Below, in pieces: positions 1-8,076 of a DNA stretch of 64,000 nucleotides. A program made the translations under genes and the position numbers. The notes beneath the pieces were generated by a model, which saw only the letters and a list, made by a program, of their open reading frames with translations, had not been told where the DNA came from and ran no database searches. How positions within the stretch are numbered: position 1 is the first letter of the stretch; every line of letters begins with the position of its first letter. The stretch is from Deltaproteobacteria bacterium (lineage in GTDB: Bacteria > Myxococcota_A > UBA9042 > CAIXZC01). The stretch spans positions 4,018 through 68,017 of the forward strand of contig VGRX01000003.1 of assembly GCA_016875215.1 (NCBI GenBank), in the 5' to 3' direction.

Positions 1-2
1 CA

Positions 3-194
3 GGGCCGGAAGGTGGCCATGCCGTTCTCGAGCGGGAGATCTTCCGATATCGCGGCGAGTTCAGCGAGATCTACTTCTCCATCGTTCCCCGCGTCTACCT
101 GTCGCCGGACGGGCAGAAGATCGCAGTGCTCCTGGCCCTGGACGCCATGGTCCGGGTCGACGCCGGCCTGGCCGTGTTCTCCCTGAATCCCTGA
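3..194 (+). CDS. 3' end of an upstream gene (partial, runs off window start); hypothetical protein C-terminus ...AVFSLNP*
   Basis: Open frame from window edge to TGA at 192-194, same strand as following genes; no recognisable motif in 63 aa. Confidence 0.3.
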   Translation, partial: GPEGGHAVLEREIFRYRGEFSEIYFSIVPRVYLSPDGQKIAVLLALDAMVRVDAGLAVFSLNP

Positions 195-308
195 CGGGCG
201 TGCGGATCTGCCACCGCCTCGGCCGTGGGTGCGGGAACCCATCGGCCCATGCGTCGCCCACGGCTCGGGTGACCGTTGTAGATGGAACCCAGGTGCGCAT
301 TCGCCGGC

Positions 309-337
309 TTGTCCGCCTCCGCCGCACATGCTATGTT
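309..337 (+). promoter_or_regulatory. Sigma70-like promoter candidate TTGTCC-N17-TATGTT upstream of hicB-hicA
   Basis: Hexamers read directly in sequence ~35 nt upstream of the HicB ATG; spacing 17. Confidence 0.3.
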
Positions 338-372
338 GAATCCATGGGCGACGGACCGCCCGAGGAGAACCC

Positions 373-579
373 ATGGGCCCCATGCGTTCGGAGAAGAGAC
401 GCTTCGTGTACTACCAGGAGGGCGAGCTCTGGGTCGGCTGGTTGGAGGAGTTCCCCGACTACCGTTCGCAGGGGACCACCCTTGACGAGCTCAAGGACAA
501 CCTCCGTGAGATCTACCAGGACCTGACCAGCGGCCAGATCCCCCTCGTGCGCCACGTTGGAGAGATTGCCGTAGGATGA
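373..579 (+). CDS. hicB: HicB-family antitoxin (UPF0150/HicB-like, 68 aa)
   Basis: ORF track 373..579; sequence FVYYQEGELWVGWLEEFPDYRSQGTTLDELKDNLREIYQDL matches small HicB-like antitoxin fold; 4-nt ATGA overlap with following HicA ORF. Confidence 0.75.
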   Translation: MGPMRSEKRRFVYYQEGELWVGWLEEFPDYRSQGTTLDELKDNLREIYQDLTSGQIPLVRHVGEIAVG

Positions 580-752
580 AACGCCGCGACTTGCTCAGAC
601 GTCTGCGTCGGATGGGGTGCATTCTGCTCCGCAAGGGGGGCCGTCACGACTGGTACCACAACCCTGCGACCGGCATGTCCCAGCCCGTCCCCCGCCATAC
701 CGAGATCGCCGAGACATTGGCGAAACACATCCTGAAGATGCTGGAGGAGTGA
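576..752 (+). CDS. hicA: HicA-family mRNA interferase toxin (58 aa; below the 60-aa ORF-track cutoff)
   Basis: Hand-translated: MKRRDLLRRLRRMGCILLRKGGRHDWYHNPATGMSQPVPRHTEIAETLAKHILKMLEE*; YcfA/HicA pattern (basic helix then GSHxxxxHP-like HDWYHNP); start ATG 576 overlaps HicB stop. Confidence 0.75.
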   Translation: MKRRDLLRRLRRMGCILLRKGGRHDWYHNPATGMSQPVPRHTEIAETLAKHILKMLEE

Positions 753-759
753 GCCGGGG

Positions 760-786
760 GCGGTTCGGCGGGTACGGCCGAACCGC
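760..786 (+). terminator. GC-rich hairpin (10-bp stem GCGGTTCGGC / GCCGAACCGC, 7-nt loop) immediately after hicA stop; no U-tract
   Basis: Inverted repeat read in sequence 8 nt after TGA; high-GC genomes often lack U-tracts. Confidence 0.3.
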
Positions 787-1020
787 TGGTGCAGGTTACG
801 GATCGGCCGCAAGTGCGGGAACCGAGGGGAAGGGAAACGGGCAGGAATCCTTGTTGCAAACCCCGGGGGGTTCGATTATGATGCGCCGATCCGTGGGGTG
901 GGGACTGCCCAGGCCGTCCCCCGAAGCGGCGGGGCAGGCGCAAGGGAGCGGCTGCTTCTGGTCGTAGGCAGGCAGCCTGACGCGGCTGCGTTGGCGGTAC
1001 TGGCAAGAAAGAGGTCGCAG

Positions 1021-2940
1021 ATGCTCGGTGCAATGAGAAGGCATTCCAAGTCGTTTCTGATCTACCTGCTGTTCGGCATGATCATCGTGGTGTTCGTGTT
1101 CACGTTCAACACGGGCATGGGCGGTGGCGACGGGGGGTGTGTCAGCGAGGACGTTCCCGCGTACGCCAAGGTGGGCGGGCACACGATCACCCGGGACCAC
1201 CTGGTCATGTCCATGAACCTGCTGCCCGGGTTCCTCAGGACGCCGGCCGGCATGAGCTTCACCCTGGCCGCGGGCGCGGATGCCGGCGAGCTGTACCGCA
1301 ACGACGTCGAGGAGCTGACGCCGAAGCAGGCCTCCGCGATCCTCCAGATCACCGAGATGATCTACCTGGCCAGCGACGAGGCCATCCGGCTGGGGTTCAA
1401 GATCGGTGAGAAGGAGCTGGCCAAGGCGATGTACCCGGAAAGCTTCTACAAGGAAGAGGAGGTCACGGGGGACGACGGCCTTCCGACCACCAAGAAGGTG
1501 TTCGACTCCCGGGGGTTCAACAACTGGATCGTGTACGGGCTCAACAGCTCCCCGCAGGAGTACGAGGACTTCGTGAACCGCGTCCTGCTGGCGTTCAAGC
1601 TCCAGTCCTTCCTGGCCGGCGTGGTCAAGGTCGAGCCGATGGAGGCCGAGCTGGCCGTGCGCGCGAAGAACACCAAGGTGGACCTCGGCTATGTCGAGTT
1701 CCGCCCCGACCTCTATGAGTTGGCGGGGACCGTGACCGACGAGGAGGCCGCCAGGTACGCGGCCGAGCACGAGGCCGAGGTGTCGGGTTACTACGATGCG
1801 CACCCCGCCGTCTTCCACGCGGACGAGCAGTTCCAGGTCGCGGGCATCTTTGCTGCGGCCAAGGCGGAGGAGCCCCCGGCCCGCGGAGAGGAGAAGGCGG
1901 CCCCGGTACCCCCGACCAAGGAGGAGAAGGAGGCTGCCGCGGCCAAGGCCAAGGCCATGCTCGAGCGGATCCAGGGGCAGGGCGACCTGTTCCCGATGCC
2001 CCCCCCGGCAGCGGACGGCAGCCAACCACCCAAGCCGGAGAGCCCGGCCGAGCCGTTCGCCCGGTTCAAGGAAGTGGCCAAGCGGGAGTCGGCCCATGCC
2101 GAGAGCCCCCACCGCTCCGGCCTGTTCTCCGGCTGGATGACCCTGGCCGAGATGGAAGACCAGCCCTTCGGAAGCGAAGGGGCCACCGCACTCGCCGGTG
2201 CGGCGAAGGACCAGCTCGTTGGTCCGTTCGAGACCGAGGACGGTGCCTGGATCCTCTATGTGACCGACAAGAAGGAGCGCAAGGACGAGTCGCTCGAGCA
2301 GGCAAGGAACGGCATCGGCCGCATCCTGCTTCAGCAGAAGAAGGCCCCGGAGACGGCCAAGGCCCGGGCCGAGGAGCTCCTCAAGATCGCCAGGGCAGCG
2401 GAAGGGACCGACCTCGACAAGGCGCTCGAGACGTTCAAGGCACCGGCCGAGGGCAAGGAGCTCGGGGTGGACGCCATCCTGCTCCAGGTCAAGCGTTCCG
2501 GGAAGTTCCACCTGGCCACGCCGGGCGCGTCCATTCCCGGAATCGGCAAGTTCGAGGAGCTGTTCAAGGACGCGTTCAAGATGACACCGGACAAGCCGCT
2601 GGCGGACAAGGTCTACGTCCAGCCCGACACGAATCGGGTGTACGTGGTCAAGCTCATGGAGAAAGCCCTGCCCGAAGCGAAGCTCTCTGCCGAGGACATC
2701 GAGGCCGAGCGGGAGAACCTCTTCCTGACCCGGGCCATCCCCACCTTCGAGTCGTGGCTGAAGTCGCTGCGTCAGGGCGCGGTCGAGCGGGGCCAGATGG
2801 AGCGCACCGAGGAGTTCCAGTCGTTCGTCTCCTACCTCCAGAACCGCATCGACGAGAAGGCGGCCCAGGAGGCCAAGCGCGCGGCCAAGGCCGCCGGGCT
2901 CCCCATCCCCGTCACCCCGGTCCCCGTCCCGGCCGAGTAG
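1021..2940 (+). CDS. ppiD: PpiD-like periplasmic chaperone / SurA-N-domain peptidyl-prolyl isomerase (membrane-anchored)
   Basis: ORF 898..2940; likely start ATG 1021 (MLGAMRRHSKSFLIYLLFGMIIVVFVF matches conserved PpiD N-terminus MLDxMRxxAKSWxxKxxFxxIIxxF), RBS AGAGG upstream; long periplasmic domain with PPIase-like C-terminal region. Confidence 0.7.
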   Translation: MLGAMRRHSKSFLIYLLFGMIIVVFVFTFNTGMGGGDGGCVSEDVPAYAKVGGHTITRDHLVMSMNLLPGFLRTPAGMSFTLAAGADAGELYRNDVEELTPKQASAILQITEMIYLASDEAIRLGFKIGEKELAKAMYPESFYKEEEVTGDDGLPTTKKVFDSRGFNNWIVYGLNSSPQEYEDFVNRVLLAFKLQSFLAGVVKVEPMEAELAVRAKNTKVDLGYVEFRPDLYELAGTVTDEEAARYAAEHEAEVSGYYDAHPAVFHADEQFQVAGIFAAAKAEEPPARGEEKAAPVPPTKEEKEAAAAKAKAMLERIQGQGDLFPMPPPAADGSQPPKPESPAEPFARFKEVAKRESAHAESPHRSGLFSGWMTLAEMEDQPFGSEGATALAGAAKDQLVGPFETEDGAWILYVTDKKERKDESLEQARNGIGRILLQQKKAPETAKARAEELLKIARAAEGTDLDKALETFKAPAEGKELGVDAILLQVKRSGKFHLATPGASIPGIGKFEELFKDAFKMTPDKPLADKVYVQPDTNRVYVVKLMEKALPEAKLSAEDIEAERENLFLTRAIPTFESWLKSLRQGAVERGQMERTEEFQSFVSYLQNRIDEKAAQEAKRAAKAAGLPIPVTPVPVPAE

Positions 2941-3199
2941 TCTCGCCCCCAACCCACCTACGGAAGACCGCTCGATTCGAGCCGTTTGCAAAGCCCCCTC
3001 GTTCCGCTTGCCATCGCCGGGAGGCCGGGGTATCCTGGCGTTGGAACAGGGCAAAGCCGATCGACAGTCGCCACGCTGCTTTCGGGAGTGTGAACATGCA
3101 GACCGGCAACTCACGGGAGGCGCTTCATACCTGGGCGGAAGCAAAGCTGATCGGCCTTTCAAAGGAGTGGACTAAAGACGGGCATTTCTTGGTGATCTC

Positions 3200-5293
3200 A
3201 TGAAGTGTTTTTGTTTGATTTGGCGGTTTTGTTTTGTTGTTGCTGCTGTGCAGTTGCATGTGCTCATGGGGTGCGGTTCGGGCAGGGCCGGCGTCGGGGA
3301 TGCCTGCTTGCAGATGCCCTCCGGAGTTGGCTCAGACCTCGCGGAGTCTGATGCCACACGCTGCGGTCCGGTCGACGACGTCGCTTCTGGGGAGTGTCCT
3401 CCCTCGTTCCTCGACCCCTGCTCCGCGTGCCCGGAAACTGGCTATTGCAAAGCTGGGCACTGCTACGACTGCTCGGAGGAGGGCTTCTGCAACGCGGTCG
3501 AGTGCGAAGATGACGGGAACCCGTGCACGCTGGAAGCGGTGGATCCCACCTCGGGCGAATGTCGGTTCGTGGTGAACGAAGCGTGTCGAGAACCCATACA
3601 GAACTTGGTGAGGCTCTATCGAGGAGCACAGGCACATTATGGACTTTGGGTTGAGTCCAAGGAGGGCGGCCAGTGGTCTCCAGTCGAGCCCCAGCTGGGC
3701 AAGACGCTGGTGCTCGACGAGGAGTGGACACCCTTTTCGGGCACCTGCTGCAAGGCGTTCGGGGGCCCGGACCTGGATGGTGACGGTGCATGTGACCCCG
3801 ATGCCTCGCGGTTCCACACTGTAACATGGAGGGCTCTCGGATTCGACCTCTCCGGATCCCACCGTTTTGTTTTCTCGCTCCACCAGACTGGGACGGGTAA
3901 GGCAGGGGAGGAGTTGTTCTCTATCCATGCCAGGGGAGACCTCGATTGCGACGGCAAGCCGGTAGAGTTCGTGCTTCGAGGGGGATTTCGCAAGAAGACC
4001 CCGGGTGAGCCGCTCCTGACGTTGACCAACAAGCTTACATCCCCCATTCATGTGGAGTATGTGGCGGAAGACCAGGCGGTTTCGGCTGCGGCGGTTCCGA
4101 CAGACTGGGCCGTGCAGCATTTGATTTCGGAGCCAGGCAGACCCTGGCCGTTCGATGCGTTCTCCGCGAGAGTCGAGGATACCGTCTTCGTCCGGTACTT
4201 CGAGGCGTTCGAAGCGTTGGCAAGGCTCCACGCCGGTGCGATGCGCTACTACTCGGTGCCGAGGGTCGAGGTTGGGGCCCCGGGCTGCATGGTGGCTCCC
4301 GTCGATGCCGCGCTGGTCGAGCAGTTGGCCGCGGTCTTGCCGTCCTACCAGCAGCTTTCCTCGGAGCTCACTCCTGAGAAAGGGTGTTGTTCAGGTGACT
4401 TCAGTCCTGATGCGGACCAGGATGGTATGTGCGACATGATGGTCGACCAATGGAGCGCGGGGGCATGGCCTTCGCTCGGCTTCAAGTTGCTTGGTGGGCA
4501 ACGGTTCAACTATGAGTTCGACGAAGAGAGCGGGTCTGACAGCGGGCTGGAGCCGGGCGTCGACCTGGCGATCACAGGGCGGGCTTGGCACGATCCGGGG
4601 TGCGATGGTCACCGGGAAGGCATCACGTTCAGGACCCACCTCGTTGCGAAGGATGGCTCCTGCCGCCCGCTCATGGGACTGGACCAGCAGGTTGTCCCTG
4701 ACATGGAGTGGTTTCCGTTCGAGGGAGATGAACGTTCTGTCGTCGTTCCTGCCTTGAGGGCCATGGAGCATCCGCTGTGGCCGGGGACTTTCAGCTATGC
4801 CGACTTCTCCGGGGGGTGGTCTGGTCTGGACGTCGCGGCCTTCGGGCGTGTGTTCGAGGAACTCGACATCGTGTTCTCCCAGATGGAATCTTCGGTGTCG
4901 GTCTACTTCACTCAGAACTGCTCGCTTCCCGCCGCTCCGGTCACAAGCGCTGAGGACGAGTGGCTTTTTCTCGTGAGCGACGCCTGCTGCTGGAAGGGGA
5001 ACTTCGTGTTCGAGCGATGGGACGGCAGGTGCGGGCCGTTCCCACAACTGTGGGAGGACCCATTCTGGACCGCTCTCGGGTTCTCGGTGCCTTTCCGGCA
5101 TCGGTTCGCGTACGGCGTCGAAGTGAAGCCGGCGGGGACGTCCGCATGGCTGGTGACGCTTGAGGCAATCGGGGACGACAACTGCAACTTGACGCCGAGC
5201 CGGTTCCTCAAGTACGGCCTCGCAGAGAAGAAGCTGGAAGGCTGTTCGGTGCAGTGGCTCCAGGGCTGGCACGTCGAGAACATGTTCGAGTAG
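3200..5293 (+). CDS. Secreted lipoprotein, hypothetical; three internal repeats each beginning with a CC dipeptide, several DxDxDG-type (calcium-binding-like) motifs
   Basis: ORF 3200..5293; signal peptide with lipobox LMGC; repeats TCCKAFGG.../GCCSGDFSPDADQDGMCD.../DACCWKGNFVFERWDGRCG...; AT-rich N-terminal codons unusual for this genome. Confidence 0.7.
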   Translation: MKCFCLIWRFCFVVAAVQLHVLMGCGSGRAGVGDACLQMPSGVGSDLAESDATRCGPVDDVASGECPPSFLDPCSACPETGYCKAGHCYDCSEEGFCNAVECEDDGNPCTLEAVDPTSGECRFVVNEACREPIQNLVRLYRGAQAHYGLWVESKEGGQWSPVEPQLGKTLVLDEEWTPFSGTCCKAFGGPDLDGDGACDPDASRFHTVTWRALGFDLSGSHRFVFSLHQTGTGKAGEELFSIHARGDLDCDGKPVEFVLRGGFRKKTPGEPLLTLTNKLTSPIHVEYVAEDQAVSAAAVPTDWAVQHLISEPGRPWPFDAFSARVEDTVFVRYFEAFEALARLHAGAMRYYSVPRVEVGAPGCMVAPVDAALVEQLAAVLPSYQQLSSELTPEKGCCSGDFSPDADQDGMCDMMVDQWSAGAWPSLGFKLLGGQRFNYEFDEESGSDSGLEPGVDLAITGRAWHDPGCDGHREGITFRTHLVAKDGSCRPLMGLDQQVVPDMEWFPFEGDERSVVVPALRAMEHPLWPGTFSYADFSGGWSGLDVAAFGRVFEELDIVFSQMESSVSVYFTQNCSLPAAPVTSAEDEWLFLVSDACCWKGNFVFERWDGRCGPFPQLWEDPFWTALGFSVPFRHRFAYGVEVKPAGTSAWLVTLEAIGDDNCNLTPSRFLKYGLAEKKLEGCSVQWLQGWHVENMFE

Positions 5294-5461
5294 TCCAGAT
5301 GCTCGTCCGAGACTCGAAGGGCATTTCCCCGTCACCGGTCGACATGCTGGGTGCGGTCGGCGTCGCCGTCCGTGTCCTCCTGTCTGCTTCGGACGGAGCA
5401 CCGGAGTTCACCACGCGCCGCTTCGAACCGGGCCGTGGCTGTGTCGGACAAGGAGGCCGGA

Positions 5462-7045
5462 ATGGACTCGTGGGATTCGCTGTTCGCTGAAGCGAAGTGG
5501 AAGTGCCAGGGCAGCTACACGGCGCAGGCGAGCATCGACTATTGGGCGGTTCTGGTTCTCGCCGGCGCGTTCGTGGCGATGGCCTGCGGAACCGGGGAAG
5601 GTTGTCCTCAGGGCGACTGCAGCGCATGTCAGCTTGACGGACGCGGCGGGGGCGATGTCCCCAAAGATGTCCGGCAAGACTTGGGCGGTCAGGACAGCGG
5701 CGGCGGAGATGCCTTGTCTCCCCCTTTGTGCACCGGAACCAGCACGTTCAAACTGCTGTCCGCCTCCTCGCCGCAGGACTGGTGGGTGCCGCCCGCGGGA
5801 CTCCTTGCGTACGGCATGACTCTGTCTTCCGACGACAAGTGGCTCTTTCTGTCTGGGTGGGTCGACTCCGACATTGAGGATTCGCATCTGCTTGTGCTTG
5901 GAATCGAGGAAGACGGGGCGATCGGGCCGGTGGCGGGCGAGGTTGGAGAGGCACCGGAGAATTGCGGTCCTGGAGTAGCTGAGCCGATCGGAGTGGGCAT
6001 GGCCATGTTGCCTGTGATGGGTGGAGCCCAATTGCTTGTTTCTTCCACTTCCGACGTGGACCCGGGGTCCGAAGCCTTCTGGGGGATACTGTACGATGTC
6101 GACCCTGGCACAGGGGCCCTGAGCGGTGGTACATGTGTCGGCCCAGTTGCGGAGACGGCTGGTCGATCCGGGCCTGTCACGAAAGGTGGTGATGTCACAG
6201 CGGTGTATCATCATGACGATATCGGCTTTGTTTTTGGGACAGACCGTGGCGGTGTAATTGTGTGTTCTGGGTGTGTCGGTGTTGGATCGTGTGTATGTAG
6301 TGAATTGAATGGATTTTGGCCGGACAAAGCGGGGCGTCCAGTGTCGTCAATCATATATCTGGATAGTTCCGAACTGCTGGTTGTCGGATTCGCATTTGGT
6401 GGCGGAATCGGGGTCTATGGTGTGAATGAAAGCAAGAAGGGCGGGTTCTGGCCCTTGGGCGAATTTGACGGTGCTCATAGCCTCCACGAGGAGTACGGGG
6501 GCGACTCGATTCTGATCGGTTCGCCCGGAGGGGACGCGTTGTTCGCTGCAGGGAGGCTCACCCTAGGTCAGATTGTCCGCGTTACCGGTGGGGCATACGC
6601 CAGCGGGCCGGACAGAGGAGAGACGCAGCCTCTGGACCTTCTTTCGCTGGGGGTGACAACTTATCGGGCACTCTCGAAGGCAGGAGGACCGGGGTGGGTG
6701 ATGGATGCGGCGCTGTTTGCGCCAGACGCTGGCAACGCCGTCTGGCTGGTAGCCTCATCAGTCGACTGGACGGCTGCACCCGGTGGCGAAGGGGAGGACT
6801 CCTCTCGCCTGGTAACCGGCTGTGTGGATTGGGATTCGGGAGAAGTGAAAGCCGTTTTCGCACATGTGACGGCCGATTCGTGCTCCAACTCGAACAGTAG
6901 TGCCTCAGGCTACTACCTTCCTCACGTGTTGGCCGTGTCAGGCAACGGCAAGTACGTCTACTCGCTGCATCCCTGGTGTAACCCGATGAATGCTCTCGAT
7001 CGCGATGTGCTCTTCGCACATGAACGGGTCGTGGCTGGTCCTTGA
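5462..7045 (+). CDS. Secreted lipoprotein, hypothetical (possible beta-propeller-like fold)
   Basis: ORF 5351..7045; best start ATG 5462 with RBS AAGGAGG 6 nt upstream; hydrophobic segment then AMAC lipobox; no catalytic motif recognised. Confidence 0.6.
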   Translation: MDSWDSLFAEAKWKCQGSYTAQASIDYWAVLVLAGAFVAMACGTGEGCPQGDCSACQLDGRGGGDVPKDVRQDLGGQDSGGGDALSPPLCTGTSTFKLLSASSPQDWWVPPAGLLAYGMTLSSDDKWLFLSGWVDSDIEDSHLLVLGIEEDGAIGPVAGEVGEAPENCGPGVAEPIGVGMAMLPVMGGAQLLVSSTSDVDPGSEAFWGILYDVDPGTGALSGGTCVGPVAETAGRSGPVTKGGDVTAVYHHDDIGFVFGTDRGGVIVCSGCVGVGSCVCSELNGFWPDKAGRPVSSIIYLDSSELLVVGFAFGGGIGVYGVNESKKGGFWPLGEFDGAHSLHEEYGGDSILIGSPGGDALFAAGRLTLGQIVRVTGGAYASGPDRGETQPLDLLSLGVTTYRALSKAGGPGWVMDAALFAPDAGNAVWLVASSVDWTAAPGGEGEDSSRLVTGCVDWDSGEVKAVFAHVTADSCSNSNSSASGYYLPHVLAVSGNGKYVYSLHPWCNPMNALDRDVLFAHERVVAGP

Positions 7046-7139
7046 TGACGCGCCGGGTAACCTCCTGGGGCCACCCGGTCCGCGGGTGCAGGCTTCGGGT
7101 GTGCCCGGCCCCCTCTCGCACTTCCCCCACAAACCACGT

Positions 7140-7168
7140 TTGCCCCCAGGGTCCGGACCGGGTATACT
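7140..7168 (+). promoter_or_regulatory. Promoter candidate TTGCCC-N17-TATACT upstream of ABC operon
   Basis: Hexamers read in 263-nt intergenic region; weak -35. Confidence 0.2.
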
Positions 7169-7308
7169 CCGGCCCCGGTGCCGGCAGGAGAGCCGGTGAG
7201 CCGGGGAAGAAGGCCGGCGGTCCTGGAAGCAGGGTCCTGGTGTCGGCAGCCCGGGAATGAGCGGCTCCGACGCTGGTTGTTCCTGCAAACACGCTCCCGG
7301 AGGGGCCC

Positions 7309-8073
7309 ATGGGCGACGTCGTTGTGCTGGAGAACGTGAGCAAGGAGTACCCGCTGGGCAAGCTGGTCGTGCCCGCGCTCAAGGACGTCTCCCTGTCCAT
7401 CGGGGCCGGGGAGTTCGTGTCGATCGCGGGGCCGTCGGGCAGCGGAAAGACGACCCTGCTCAACCTGGTCGGGTGCGTGGATACGCCCACGTCGGGCGTC
7501 GTTCGCGTGGACGGGCTCGACATCGGCAGGCTGTCGGAGCGGGAGCTGACCAGGCTGAGGCTCGAGAAGCTCGGGTTCATCTTCCAGTCGTTCAACCTGA
7601 TCGCGGTGCTCGATACGTTCCAGAACGTGGAGTTCCCGCTGTTGCTCCAGGGGAAGCTGTCGCACCGGGAGCGGCGAGACGTCGTGGTGGAGCTGCTCGA
7701 GCGGGTCGGGCTGGGCAAGCATGCGCGCCACCGCCCCAACGAGCTGTCCGGAGGGCAACGGCAGCGGGTGGCCATCGCCCGGGCGCTCGTGACGCGGCCC
7801 CGGATCGTGCTGGCCGACGAGCCCACCGCCAACCTCGATACCGGGACCGGGGCCTCGATCGTCGACCTGATGAAGTCGATCAACGAGACCCAGGGAACCA
7901 CGTTCATCTTCTCCACACACGATGCCCGCGTCATGAAGCACGCGGACCGCGTCGTGCGCCTGGAGGACGGGCGCGTCGTGAGCAACGGAGACGATCCGTC
8001 CGCCCACGCGGCCGGGACCGGGGCCGAGCTGGCGCACCGTGAAGAGCCGGCACCGTACCTGGCAGGAGAGTGA
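7309..8073 (+). CDS. ABC transporter ATP-binding protein, MacB/LolD family
   Basis: Walker A GPSGSGKTT, Q-loop, signature LSGGQRQRVAIARAL, Walker B ILLADEPT, H-loop; typical LolD/MacB N-terminus VLENVSKEY. Confidence 0.95.
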   Translation: MGDVVVLENVSKEYPLGKLVVPALKDVSLSIGAGEFVSIAGPSGSGKTTLLNLVGCVDTPTSGVVRVDGLDIGRLSERELTRLRLEKLGFIFQSFNLIAVLDTFQNVEFPLLLQGKLSHRERRDVVVELLERVGLGKHARHRPNELSGGQRQRVAIARALVTRPRIVLADEPTANLDTGTGASIVDLMKSINETQGTTFIFSTHDARVMKHADRVVRLEDGRVVSNGDDPSAHAAGTGAELAHREEPAPYLAGE

Positions 8074-8076
8074 GCG

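Noticed and set aside
796-3162. 788-aa minus-strand ORF antisense to the ppiD-like gene
   Set aside because: Arg/Gly/Leu-rich low-complexity translation typical of antisense frames in 70% GC DNA; the plus-strand product has clear PpiD homology
3096-3206. 36-aa ORF MQTGNSREALHTWAEAKLIGLSKEWTKDGHFLVIS in the ppiD-lipoprotein intergenic region
   Set aside because: Below meaningful size, no recognisable family, weak RBS; possibly leader or noise
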